A DNA stretch of 64,000 nt, from contig JAJDCJ010000008.1 in the NCBI GenBank assembly GCA_029260935.1, positions 3,905 to 67,904 of the forward strand. The letters are read 5' to 3'. The position numbers and the translations under genes were made by a program. Of the stretch, positions 8,888-17,774 are shown piece by piece; positions within the stretch are counted from its first letter, which is position 1; each line of letters starts with the position of its first letter. The notes beneath the pieces are model-generated. The model did no database searches and was not told the DNA's origin. It worked only from the letters and a program-made list of their open reading frames with translations. This stretch comes from Patescibacteria group bacterium. GTDB taxonomy: Bacteria > Patescibacteriota > Minisyncoccia > Phycocordibacterales > Phycocordibacteraceae.

Positions 8888-10090
8888 ATGCTCAAAAAAT
8901 TCGCCTCATTCTTTCTCTACAACAACCTTGTGCCGATTATCTTCGGGGTTCTCTTTCTTGGCGCAGGCGCAACATTTGCCGCCTCACCCGAAGCGCGCGA
9001 CGTGGTGTTTAGCGCGCAGGCGGTGGTAGCTTCGGTTGATAATGCATACATCATTTCCGCTGACATCGACGCCTATCCGTTTGACATTCAAATTACAGAC
9101 ATTGCCGAAAGTGACACACACTATTTCATCACCTACACACTGGCAACTATTGATCTTGCAGAAGGGGTATGGCGCGACGTAGTAAAGGCGCGCACGCTTG
9201 AAGTTGAAAAAGCGGTGTTGGCGGGGCGCGACTTGGGTGTGTATGCGGCGCGCCAGCTTTCCGAAACAAGAGATGCCGAACATGCGCGCCTCGTAGAAAC
9301 GCAGAAGATAGAAAAGGACCTAGGCAAGCAACAAAAAATAGTGGCAACGGTGTACGGCGGATTGGTAGGGAGGATGCTTGAACCCAGCGAGGAGGTGTTT
9401 ACAGGATACACACCGGTTGTTTCAGAACCAATTCCTACAGGGGTGGTTGCAGGTGATGGTGGGGGGAGTACAGGTGCGGGCACTGCAGTACCCGCACCTG
9501 ACCCGCGCGCCGCGGAAGCGGCGCGCCTTGCCGCGCTTGAAGCACGCATTTCTTCGCTTGAATCCGCCCTCGCTTCCGGCAGCACCTCTGCCACCCCCAC
9601 TGATGGACGTCGGACGTCCATCAGTGGGGGTGGGGACACCGAAGCTCCCGTCATTACCGTGAACGGCAATAACCCAGCGACCATCAATGTGGGCGACACC
9701 TACGCCGACCTCGGCGCAAGCGTCACCGACAACATTGATCAAAACATCGGCATCCACACCTTTGTTGACGGCAACGAAGTAACTACCGTAGCTTTGGATA
9801 CCAGCACCTCAACCACATACACTATTGTATATAAAGCAACTGACACTTCAGGAAATGTGGGAGAGGCAACACGCACCGTCGTTGTGGGAGGAGCTCAACC
9901 AGGAGCGGAACCACCAACCGTGGTACCTGAAACGCCACCGGCTTCACCTACTGCAACTTCAACACCCGCAACCCCTCCTCCTGAACCTGCCGCAACGTCC
10001 ACCCCTCCGACGAGCCCTCTTCCAGCTGTAGAAACAACTCCACCACCACCCGCAACCATAACCGGCACCACCACGCCAGAATCAATCTAA
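8888..10090 (+). CDS. Secreted protein with a signal peptide, a coiled coil, an Ig-like (DUF5011-like) module and a Pro/Thr-rich tail. The C-terminal cassette is near-identical to that of ORF1.
   Basis: 400 aa. N-terminal hydrophobic 'LVPIIFGVLFLGAGATFA'. The segment 'SLESALASG...DTEAPVITVNGNNPATINVGDTYADLGASVTDNIDQNIGIHTF...EATRTVVVG' shares roughly 90% nucleotide identity with 2830-3160. Confidence 0.75.
   Translation: MLKKFASFFLYNNLVPIIFGVLFLGAGATFAASPEARDVVFSAQAVVASVDNAYIISADIDAYPFDIQITDIAESDTHYFITYTLATIDLAEGVWRDVVKARTLEVEKAVLAGRDLGVYAARQLSETRDAEHARLVETQKIEKDLGKQQKIVATVYGGLVGRMLEPSEEVFTGYTPVVSEPIPTGVVAGDGGGSTGAGTAVPAPDPRAAEAARLAALEARISSLESALASGSTSATPTDGRRTSISGGGDTEAPVITVNGNNPATINVGDTYADLGASVTDNIDQNIGIHTFVDGNEVTTVALDTSTSTTYTIVYKATDTSGNVGEATRTVVVGGAQPGAEPPTVVPETPPASPTATSTPATPPPEPAATSTPPTSPLPAVETTPPPPATITGTTTPESI
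9595..9629. repeat. REP-A palindromic element (ccccactgatgGACGTCGGACGTCcatcagtgggg), in-frame inside CDS 8888-10090
   Basis: Perfect 35-nt palindrome. Same core as the other REP-A copies. Confidence 0.8.
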
Positions 10091-10104
10091 CCAAACTCCT
10101 CCCA

Positions 10105-10129
10105 TTTGCGGACGTCGGACGTCCGCAAA
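10105..10129. repeat. REP-A palindromic element (tttgcgGACGTCGGACGTCcgcaaa)
   Basis: Perfect palindrome. Intergenic, 3' of RAYT1. Confidence 0.8.
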
Positions 10130-10159
10130 CCTCGCATTTCCGCCCTTCTTCACCCCTCA

Positions 10160-10204
10160 CACCCAAATAATTATGGACGTCGGACGTCCATAATTATTTG
10201 GGTG
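10160..10204. repeat. REP-A palindromic element with long arms (cacccaaataattatgGACGTCGGACGTCcataattatttgggtg)
   Basis: Perfect 45-nt palindrome immediately 3' of the RAYT1 stop. Confidence 0.8.
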
Positions 10205-10215
10205 TCTGTTGTTAT

Positions 10216-10899
10216 TTATTCTAAAGTAACTCCCGCAACCTCATCAACACTAAACTCTTTTAATGTCTTTGAAACTGATTTTTTATACCCTCCTTCACCA
10301 CCAAAAAACTCAAGAAAAAACTTTCGGTCAGTTACCAACGGAAAGTTTTTCTCTCCTAAATAATCAAGGTGACTGCTCCAGCGATACGTGTTCAGAAAAT
10401 CCAACGCCTTTTTCGGGTGTGCGATGCACTGTTTTCGCCATTCCGGCACTTTTAAATCAAGCGGATTAAAGTGAATGTAGTAGGGGATATAAAGGAAGTG
10501 CGCATCACGCTCAATCAGCACCTTCTTATATTTGCCTTGCCACAATGCCCCACTCCGGTCATATTTCTCATTAAAATACTTTGAGTAGCCCCCATTGAGT
10601 TTTTTCATAAAAAGCGAAATACCATTTTCTACAACCGGCGATAACAGCAGGTGATAGTGGTTCGGCATCAAACAGAAAAAATGCACCTGCACCAACCTCT
10701 CCCGGCTCCTCTCATGATAAGTCTGCGGACGTCGGACGTCCGCAGACGGCTCTGTTGCGCGCCGTAATTGATAATAGGGAAGTACATTGCGGGTATCATT
10801 GAATTCATATATATCGTGAATGAACCGCAAATAATCTCTCTCATCAAGAAAAGTAGTGCGTTTATCAACACCTCTGTTGAGTACATGAAAGAAATCCAT
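10216..10899 (-). CDS. REP-associated tyrosine transposase (RAYT; IS200/IS605 TnpA-like HuH Y1 transposase). The track ORF extends to 10995 by reading through the 5' REP; the likely start is the ATG at 10899.
   Basis: HuH motif 'LMPNHYHLLLSP'. C-terminal Y...Q region 'YSKYFNEKYDRSGALWQGKY'. Length about 228 aa. Flanked by palindromes. Confidence 0.8.
   Translation of the reverse strand: MDFFHVLNRGVDKRTTFLDERDYLRFIHDIYEFNDTRNVLPYYQLRRATEPSADVRRPQTYHERSRERLVQVHFFCLMPNHYHLLLSPVVENGISLFMKKLNGGYSKYFNEKYDRSGALWQGKYKKVLIERDAHFLYIPYYIHFNPLDLKVPEWRKQCIAHPKKALDFLNTYRWSSHLDYLGEKNFPLVTDRKFFLEFFGGEGGYKKSVSKTLKEFSVDEVAGVTLE
10721..10747. repeat. REP-A palindromic element (gtctgcgGACGTCGGACGTCcgcagac) inserted in-frame inside the RAYT1 coding sequence (encodes ..PSADVRRPQT..)
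   Basis: 27-nt perfect palindrome. Its length is a multiple of 3 and the ORF continues through it. Confidence 0.8.
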
Positions 10900-10925
10900 A
10901 CGGCAAGTATATCTCTCTCTTACAG

Positions 10926-10952
10926 ATCTGCGGACGTCGGACGTCCGCAGAT
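10926..10952. repeat. REP-A palindromic element (atctgcgGACGTCGGACGTCcgcagat), 5' of RAYT1
   Basis: Perfect palindrome. Confidence 0.8.
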
Positions 10953-10994
10953 GGGGATAGTAAATAATAAAGGCAGGCAGGAGAGGGAATTTCA

Positions 10995-12047
10995 ATGCGT
11001 TACAATAAAGGTATGAAAAAGATTAACGTTGCCATAAATGGCTTAGGCAGAATTGGGCGTGCGTTTGTGCGCGCCACACAAAAAAGTGACGCGATTAACA
11101 TTGTCGCTATTAATGATTTATCAGACACGGAAAACCTTGCCTACTTACTACGGCGTGACACGGTATATGGCATGGCGCCTTTTGAGGTGTCGCATACAGA
11201 AAACACACTTCTCATTGCGGGAAAAGAAATTCCTGTGTATGCAGAAAAAGATCCAGCTCAATTGCCGTGGAAACAGCATGATGTTGATGTTGTGGTTGAG
11301 GCAACAGGAAAGTTTACAAAATATGCTACCTCAAAAGCGCACCTTACCGCAGGGGCAAAACGAGTGGTTATCACCGCTCCGGTTAAAGACACTCCGGAAG
11401 ACGCCGGCGTCATTGGTGCAACAGTTTTGATGGGTATAAATCACCACGAACTTAAAACGTGTGATATCAGTTCCAACGCTTCGTGCACTACAAACGCAGG
11501 TGGTCCACTCATTGCGGTTTTAGATGAGGGAATTGGTATTGAAAAGGCACTCCTTAATACTATTCATGGATACACGTCGTCGCAGTCACTGGTTGATGGT
11601 CCATCATCGCGAAAAAATGATCCACGCCGTGGACGAGCTGCCGCACAAAACATTGTGCCTTCAACCACGGGCGCGGCGACTGCAACCACGAAAGCTCTCA
11701 CTCAACTTGATGGACTCTTTGATGGCGTTGCCGTCCGTGTACCTGTGCCTGTCGGCTCACTCATTGACATTACATTTGTTGCCAAACGCGAAACGTCGGT
11801 TGAAGAAGTCAACGCCATTCTCACTAAAGCATCAAAAGACAAACGGTGGGAAGGTATCTTTACCGCAACTGACGAGCCATTAGTTTCAAGTGATATCATC
11901 GGAAACATACACGCTTCTATTGCAGACCTCTCCTACACGCGTGTGGTGGGTGGTACCTTAGTAAAAGTGTTTGCGTGGTACGACAACGAAACAGGATACA
12001 CTAATGCACTTCTTAAGCAGGTGATTGAAACAGGGGGGTATGTCTAA
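10995..12047 (+). CDS. gap: Glyceraldehyde-3-phosphate dehydrogenase (an alternative start ATG at 11013 gives MKKINVAINGLGRIGR)
   Basis: 'INGLGRIGR' NAD-binding motif. Active site 'SNASCTTN'. 'WYDNETGY' C-terminal motif. Confidence 0.9.
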   Translation: MRYNKGMKKINVAINGLGRIGRAFVRATQKSDAINIVAINDLSDTENLAYLLRRDTVYGMAPFEVSHTENTLLIAGKEIPVYAEKDPAQLPWKQHDVDVVVEATGKFTKYATSKAHLTAGAKRVVITAPVKDTPEDAGVIGATVLMGINHHELKTCDISSNASCTTNAGGPLIAVLDEGIGIEKALLNTIHGYTSSQSLVDGPSSRKNDPRRGRAAAQNIVPSTTGAATATTKALTQLDGLFDGVAVRVPVPVGSLIDITFVAKRETSVEEVNAILTKASKDKRWEGIFTATDEPLVSSDIIGNIHASIADLSYTRVVGGTLVKVFAWYDNETGYTNALLKQVIETGGYV

Positions 12048-12489
12048 TCGTATATATCTTGCAAGTGATCATGCAGGTTTTGAACTTAAAGAGTTTATAA
12101 AAGCAAAACTCACCGAAGCAGGGTACCAAGTTGAAGACTGTGGCGCCACGACTTTTGAAAAAACAGATGACTATCCCGATTTTATACAGCACGCCGCAAA
12201 AGGAGTGCAGAAAACTGAAAACAGTCGCGCTATTATTTTCGGACACTCAGGTCAGGGAGAGGCACTTTCCGCCAACCGTTTCAAAGGTGTACGCGCTACC
12301 GTCTACTATGGAGGTTCTGATGAAGCCATTACATTATCCCGTGAACATAACGACGCTAACATCCTTTCCCTTGGCGCCCACTTCCTCACACAAGAAGACG
12401 CATGGAGCGCAGTTTCCCTCTGGCTCAACACACCGTTTTCAAAGGATGAACGCCACATACGACGCATACACAAAATAGATGCGCTATAA
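12040..12489 (+). CDS. rpiB: Ribose-5-phosphate isomerase B
   Basis: 'IYLASDHAGFELKEFIKAKL...CG' is RpiB/LacAB family. Overlaps the gap stop by 8 nt. Confidence 0.85.
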   Translation: MSNRIYLASDHAGFELKEFIKAKLTEAGYQVEDCGATTFEKTDDYPDFIQHAAKGVQKTENSRAIIFGHSGQGEALSANRFKGVRATVYYGGSDEAITLSREHNDANILSLGAHFLTQEDAWSAVSLWLNTPFSKDERHIRRIHKIDAL

Positions 12490-12501
12490 AAATGTAAAAA
12501 C

Positions 12502-13170
12502 ATGACTGAAGCAATTCCTGCAATTATTCCCGAGTCACTTGATGACTTACGCGCAAAACTCACCACACTGAAGCCGTTTGCCTCGTCAGTGCAAATTGAT
12601 ATCACCGACGGTTTGTTTGTGCTCTCACAATCATGGCCAATGCGCACCACTGATAAAAAACCATTTGAAACTTTTGTGCGCGGAAAGGGCCCACTTCCTT
12701 TCTCTGAGGACTTTTCTTTTGAAGCTGATCTGATGGTTCACGCTCCTGAAACTGTTCTCAAAGACTGGGTAAGACTTGGCATCACTCGCGCAGTTTTTCA
12801 TCTGAGGAGCAAACACAATTTTTCTGAAGTTCAAAGTGCAGTGGGGGATACAGTAGAGTTGGGTGTTGCCATTGACCTCAGCGCTCCGTATGAGCGCCTT
12901 GCTTCGTATATTCCCGACATTGATTACGTACAAGTAATGGGAATTAAAACATTGGGCAGACAAGGGGAGCCGTTTGATCCGCGTGCAATTGATTTGGTTA
13001 AAAAAGTACGGCACGATTTTCCTGATGTTATAATTCAAATAGACGGCGGAGTACATATTCACTCCGCCCAGGTCCTCGTTGAATCTGGAGCGAATCGTTT
13101 GGTTGCCGGTTCGTTTATTTTGAAGGCAGAGAAACCACAGGAAGCATTTACATTTTTAGAGGAACTCTAA
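12502..13170 (+). CDS. rpe: Ribulose-phosphate 3-epimerase family protein
   Basis: 'DITDGLFV', 'DLMVHAPE' and 'VMGIKTLGRQGEPFDPRAIDLVKKVR...IQIDGGV' follow the Rpe pattern. Confidence 0.7.
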   Translation: MTEAIPAIIPESLDDLRAKLTTLKPFASSVQIDITDGLFVLSQSWPMRTTDKKPFETFVRGKGPLPFSEDFSFEADLMVHAPETVLKDWVRLGITRAVFHLRSKHNFSEVQSAVGDTVELGVAIDLSAPYERLASYIPDIDYVQVMGIKTLGRQGEPFDPRAIDLVKKVRHDFPDVIIQIDGGVHIHSAQVLVESGANRLVAGSFILKAEKPQEAFTFLEEL

Positions 13171-13173
13171 TAT

Positions 13174-14040
13174 ATGCACACAAGTCTAACCGAAGACACA
13201 CTTACTCTTCTTGAAAAAAAAGCGCGCGACGTGCGCGAGACCCTTATTCGTATGCTGACTGAAGCGGGTAGTGGACACACAGCGGGTTCTTTGGGAATGG
13301 CAGATATTTTTGTGGCGTTGTATTTTCATGTACTTAACCATAATCCGCAAGACCCAGAATGGGAAGACAGGGACCGTTTAGTGCTTTCAAATGGTCATAT
13401 TGTGCCGGTTAGATACGCCACCATGGCGCACGCGGGGTATTTCCCTGTTGAAGAAACAATGACGCTAAGAAAACTTGGCTCACGCCTGCAAGGACACCCT
13501 GAACGCACCAAACTGCCCGGACTTGAAACAACGTCAGGCCCTCTCGGCACAGGTCTTTCACAGGCCTCCGGTATGGCGCTTGCCGCTAAAATGGATAAAA
13601 AGAAGTACCGCGTGTACTGCGCCATGAGTGATGGCGAACACCAGGCAGGTAATGTATGGGAGGCGGCCATGTTTGCAGGCGCCAACAAACTCGGCAACTT
13701 AGTAGGTATTATTGACCGTAACAATATCCAAATTAACGGTATGACCGAAGAGGTGATGCCACTTGAACCACTGCAAGAAAAATACAAATCATTTGGTTGG
13801 CACGTGCTTGAAGTGGATGGCCATAATATAGAAGACATTGTGGACGCCTACGACAAAGCGCGTGCCATTTATGAAAAACCAACACTCATAGTTGCTCACA
13901 CTATTCCCGGAAAAGGCATCCCCGATATTGAGTTTGACTATACCTGGCACGGCAAGTCGCCAACCACAGAGGAGGCAAAGAAGTTTATTGAAGAAGTACG
14001 CAGTATGTGCGGAAAAGTAACCTGTGGCGATAAAGACTAG
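13174..14040 (+). CDS. tkt: Transketolase, N-terminal (TPP-binding) subunit
   Basis: 'GSGHTAGSLGMADIFVALYF', 'GPLGTGLSQASGMALA' and 'SDGEHQAGNVWEA' motifs. Confidence 0.9.
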   Translation: MHTSLTEDTLTLLEKKARDVRETLIRMLTEAGSGHTAGSLGMADIFVALYFHVLNHNPQDPEWEDRDRLVLSNGHIVPVRYATMAHAGYFPVEETMTLRKLGSRLQGHPERTKLPGLETTSGPLGTGLSQASGMALAAKMDKKKYRVYCAMSDGEHQAGNVWEAAMFAGANKLGNLVGIIDRNNIQINGMTEEVMPLEPLQEKYKSFGWHVLEVDGHNIEDIVDAYDKARAIYEKPTLIVAHTIPGKGIPDIEFDYTWHGKSPTTEEAKKFIEEVRSMCGKVTCGDKD

Positions 14041-14045
14041 GAAAT

Positions 14046-15035
14046 ATGTTAAACAAAAACATAAAACTAAATACAAAAATTTTTGATACAGACGTGGAGC
14101 GTGCACCAACACGTGACGGGTTTGGTAATGGTGCAATTGAAGCAGGAGAAAAAGATACCAATGTTGTGGTGCTGTGTGCCGACCTTGCCGACTCAACGCG
14201 CGCGCAGTGGTTTCGGGACAAGTTTCCCGACCGCTACATTGAACTTGGTGTTGCCGAACAAAATATGGCGGCGGTTGCTTCCGGCATGGCTTCAGTTGGG
14301 AAAATCCCTTTCATCACATCCTACGCGGCATTTAACCCAGGGCGCAACTATGAGCAAATTAGAACCACCGTTGCCCTCAATGAAATGCCGGTGAAAGTCT
14401 GTGGAATGCATGCGGGAGTGTCTGTGGGTCCTGACGGCGCGACACATCAAATGTTAGAGGACATTGGCCTCATGCGTATGTTACCGAACATGACTGTGGT
14501 ATATCCGGCTGACGCCGAAGAGGCGCGCAAGGCAACGTATGATTCGGCCTTTAACAAAAAACCAACGTACCTACGGTTTGCTCGAGAAAAAACTCCACTT
14601 ATGACAACGAAAGACACACCATTTACCATAGGAAAGGCATACACCATGTGGGAAGGAAAGGACCCGGAGGTCACAATTATCGGCGTGGGCCCACTACTTC
14701 ACGAGGCGCTAAAAGCAGCGGTCGCTCTTGAAAAAGAAGGTATTGCAGTGAGTGTTATAAACAGTCACACCATTAAACCGCTTGATGAGGAAACTATTTT
14801 GAATGCCATAAAAAAATCGGGTGCCGTGGTGACCGTTGAGGAACACCAAAAAGCAGGTGGTTTTGGGAGCGCGGTTGCTGAACTTCTCTCTCAAAATTAC
14901 CCAGTGCCACAAGAATATATTGCAGTTGACGACCGGTTTGGACAGTCAGGAACACCGAGCGAATTAATTGCCCATTATAAACTTGATGCCACAGCAATTA
15001 TTGACGCGGTAAAAAAAGTAAAAAAAAGAAAATAG
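14046..15035 (+). CDS. tkt: Transketolase, C-terminal (pyrimidine-binding) subunit
   Basis: 'LGVAEQNMAAVASGMA' and 'GPDGATHQMLEDIGLMRMLPNMTVVYPAD'. Confidence 0.9.
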   Translation: MLNKNIKLNTKIFDTDVERAPTRDGFGNGAIEAGEKDTNVVVLCADLADSTRAQWFRDKFPDRYIELGVAEQNMAAVASGMASVGKIPFITSYAAFNPGRNYEQIRTTVALNEMPVKVCGMHAGVSVGPDGATHQMLEDIGLMRMLPNMTVVYPADAEEARKATYDSAFNKKPTYLRFAREKTPLMTTKDTPFTIGKAYTMWEGKDPEVTIIGVGPLLHEALKAAVALEKEGIAVSVINSHTIKPLDEETILNAIKKSGAVVTVEEHQKAGGFGSAVAELLSQNYPVPQEYIAVDDRFGQSGTPSELIAHYKLDATAIIDAVKKVKKRK

Positions 15036-15132
15036 AAAGAGTAATGAACTGTATGACACCAACAGTCTTAACAAACACCATAAAAAATGAAGCAGTTTTG
15101 TTAACTAAAAAAATCTATATTAAAAATTAATC

Positions 15133-16248
15133 ATGAAGGCAAAAGAAAAAATTGAATACATAGCGTCCCTCGCTGGGGTTACTATAAACGGAAAAAATCC
15201 TTGGGACCTGCACGTACAGGATGAGCGTTTTTATGACCGTATTTTAGGAGGTGGAACGCTCGCGCTCGGTGAATCGTATATGGACGGTTGGTGGAGTGTG
15301 GACGATCTCGCAGAATTTTTTAATAAAATCCTTAGTGCGAAGCTAGATGAAAAAATTAGACCATTTTCAATAGCGCTCCACATAGCACGCGCTAAGTTTA
15401 TGAACTTACAATCTCGGTCACGTGCAACACAGGTGGCAGAAGAACATTACGATATCGGCAATGACCTCTATGAGCGTATGCTTGATACAAGAACGATGTC
15501 ATACACATGCGGCGGCTACTATAAAGATGCACATACCCTTGATGATGCTCAAGAAGCAAAAATTGATTTACTCTGTAAAAAAATTGGACTCAAAAAAGGA
15601 GATCATGTGCTTGACATAGGGTGTGGTTTTGGAGGGTTTGCAAAATATGCAGCAGAGAAATATGGTGCACAGGTTACCGGTATTAGTCTTTCTAAAGAAC
15701 AGATTAAGATTGCAAAAGAAAGAACAAAAGATTTACCTGTTGAAATACGTTTTGAAGATTACCGCAATACAAAAGGACTGTTTGATCACGTGGTTTCAAT
15801 TGAGATGATTGAAGCCGTGGGGTATAAGAACTTTCGTGCCTATTTTGAAAAAGCGCATTCAGTTCTTAAAGAGGGAGGTTTTTTTGGTCTGCAGGCGATT
15901 GTTGGTAACAAGAGTGAGGTTACCACTGATCCATGGATTGATAAATATATTTTTCCAAACGGGATGCTCCCGTCAATAAAACAACTTGGAGACTCTATTG
16001 AAGGATTGTTCGTTGCTGAAGATTGGCATAACTTTGGAGTTGACTATGACACAACTCTTCACGCGTGGTTTGATAACTTCAACAAGGGATGGCCGGATAT
16101 AAAAGATAAATACGGAGAACGTTTTTATCGGATGTGGAAGTACTATCTTTTAATGAGCGCCGGGTCATTTCGTTCTCGCAAGAACCAGCTATGGCAGATT
16201 GTGCTCTCAAAAGGTGGTGTGCTTGGGGGCTACCAAAGCGTGCGTTAA
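15133..16248 (+). CDS. cfa: Cyclopropane-fatty-acyl-phospholipid synthase family SAM-dependent methyltransferase
   Basis: 'VLDIGCGFGGFAKYAAEKYGAQVTGISLSKEQ' SAM-binding motif, with CFA-type N- and C-terminal regions. Confidence 0.85.
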   Translation: MKAKEKIEYIASLAGVTINGKNPWDLHVQDERFYDRILGGGTLALGESYMDGWWSVDDLAEFFNKILSAKLDEKIRPFSIALHIARAKFMNLQSRSRATQVAEEHYDIGNDLYERMLDTRTMSYTCGGYYKDAHTLDDAQEAKIDLLCKKIGLKKGDHVLDIGCGFGGFAKYAAEKYGAQVTGISLSKEQIKIAKERTKDLPVEIRFEDYRNTKGLFDHVVSIEMIEAVGYKNFRAYFEKAHSVLKEGGFFGLQAIVGNKSEVTTDPWIDKYIFPNGMLPSIKQLGDSIEGLFVAEDWHNFGVDYDTTLHAWFDNFNKGWPDIKDKYGERFYRMWKYYLLMSAGSFRSRKNQLWQIVLSKGGVLGGYQSVR

Positions 16249-16252
16249 AAAT

Positions 16253-16276
16253 ACCGAGGGCATCCTCGGTTTTGCG
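16253..16276 (+). terminator. Rho-independent terminator after cfa (accgaggGCATcctcggt + TTTG)
   Basis: 7-bp GC-rich stem with a 4-nt loop followed by a T-run, 5 nt after the stop. Confidence 0.55.
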
Positions 16277-16724
16277 AACGGCTATGGATTGGCTATACCA
16301 TGCAAATATGCGGCAGATGAACCTACCACTATTGCTACGAATATAGTAACCGCCATTGATGGAATCAAATGATGCCAACTGCCCACCACATTCTCGGCTT
16401 GGAGTTCTTCTTTTTTGTACCACTGGCGAACATACGGATGAACCACTTCTCCCCATATAACTTTCTCCATCATAGACCCTACCCTATACCAACTGAGGGC
16501 GTCTTGTCAAAAAGGTCTTGTATAAGCTTGAGTTAAAAAGGGTTAACCTGATCAGCCCAAAGTATTCCTCCTACAGATAAAATGGCAACTAACGTCGCTA
16601 AGATTAATACTGTGTTTTGGAATGAGTTATCAATTGCTCTGTCGACGACTCGTGCTCGTTCATTTCCTGTAAAAAGTGATTTTGTCATATTGTGTTTTAT
16701 TTTATGTTTAGGATAGTAAAGACT

Positions 16725-17684
16725 TTACATGAGTTTTGACTCCAGCTCCTCTTTCGTCAAAAGACCCGCCTGCGCGCCGATTTTCTGCACTACATAGGCG
16801 CTGTTGACGGTGCCTCGGAGCATCGCGTCCTTGATGTTCATACCACCTACCACATAGGCAGTGGTTGTGGAAGAGAACGCATCGCCTGCACCGGTGCGCT
16901 CCACCGGTGGCGCCGGGTCGGGGAACATATCGACGTGCACCATCGCTCCATCATCAAGCGCATACGCACCATCGCGCCCGTCAGTGAGTATCGGCATGTT
17001 GGGTCCGAGCGCGTGCATTTCTTTTAACAGTGTCTCTACGTCAGTGCTCTTGGAACCCAAAATGCGCTGATATTCTTCCTTATTGGCAAAAAAGATATTG
17101 GTGTGTTTGTAGATGCGCGCCAGTTTTTCAACGCCGAGTTTCATTTGGAAAGTGCCCGGCTGGAACGCAAGGAAAGTGTCGGGGTGTTTTTCAATGAAGT
17201 CTGCAATTTCATTGTGGTAGTCTTCGGTACCGTCGCCGAGCGAGGAGAGGTAGAGTGCTTTTGTTTTTTCACATCCGAGGGGAAGTGTGTATGGATACTT
17301 TTGATGCTTTACCAGAATAGTGCGCTCGGCATTGTACGAGAGTACAAAGTGGTAGTTGGTAGGAATGCCGTCGTGCATGCGCACGTGGGTTACGTCCAAG
17401 CCCTCTTTGTTAAAGTGATCTATTATTTCTTTTCCAAACCTATCATTGCCAATGTCAGTGACAAGGCCCGTTTTCAACCCAAGACGAAGCGCCGCAACCG
17501 CAGCGTTTGCGCTATTACCCACGCCGGGAATGACCGTGAGGTCTTTGTAGGGAATTTTGTCGCCCCACCGCATTGAAATACTGCAGTTTTTATTATTATC
17601 ATCACAATTCACTGTGGCATCTTGAAGGGTAATAAAGGCATCGGTTACGGTGTCACCGAGCGCTAAAAAGTCTATGTTGTTCAT
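16725..17684 (-). CDS. PfkB-family carbohydrate kinase (ribokinase-like)
   Basis: N-terminal 'LGDTVTDAF'. C-terminal 'DRTGAGDAFSS' PfkB signature. Confidence 0.8.
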   Translation of the reverse strand: MNNIDFLALGDTVTDAFITLQDATVNCDDNNKNCSISMRWGDKIPYKDLTVIPGVGNSANAAVAALRLGLKTGLVTDIGNDRFGKEIIDHFNKEGLDVTHVRMHDGIPTNYHFVLSYNAERTILVKHQKYPYTLPLGCEKTKALYLSSLGDGTEDYHNEIADFIEKHPDTFLAFQPGTFQMKLGVEKLARIYKHTNIFFANKEEYQRILGSKSTDVETLLKEMHALGPNMPILTDGRDGAYALDDGAMVHVDMFPDPAPPVERTGAGDAFSSTTTAYVVGGMNIKDAMLRGTVNSAYVVQKIGAQAGLLTKEELESKLM

Positions 17685-17774
17685 ATATATAAGTAGTGTA
17701 CCACTACAGTTTTAGGTGATACGTAAAGGCGAGTTGATGTGGGCTCAATAGCCCGCAGTGTATACTAGGAGGTA

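Larger units (their letters stand above)
10105..10952 (-). mobile_element. REP-A / RAYT1 unit: a tyrosine-transposase gene bracketed by cognate REP-A palindromes, two at its 3' side, one at its 5' side and one internal
   Basis: Arrangement typical of REP-associated tyrosine transposases. The same palindrome core is dispersed genome-wide. Confidence 0.65.

Noticed and set aside
13395-14221. Minus-strand ORFs of 135-147 aa inside the transketolase genes
   Set aside because: They are antisense to highly conserved transketolase coding sequence.
16079-16456. 125-aa minus-strand ORF overlapping the 3' end of cfa and its terminator
   Set aside because: It is antisense to a confidently assigned gene and spans a terminator hairpin.
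16535-16690. Possible 51-aa minus-strand small membrane protein (MTKSLFTGNERARVVDRAIDNSFQNTVLILATLVAILSVGGILWADQVNPF) just downstream of the PfkB kinase gene
   Set aside because: It is below the ORF-track length threshold and has no RBS or conservation evidence. Plausible but unsupported, so it is not listed as a feature.
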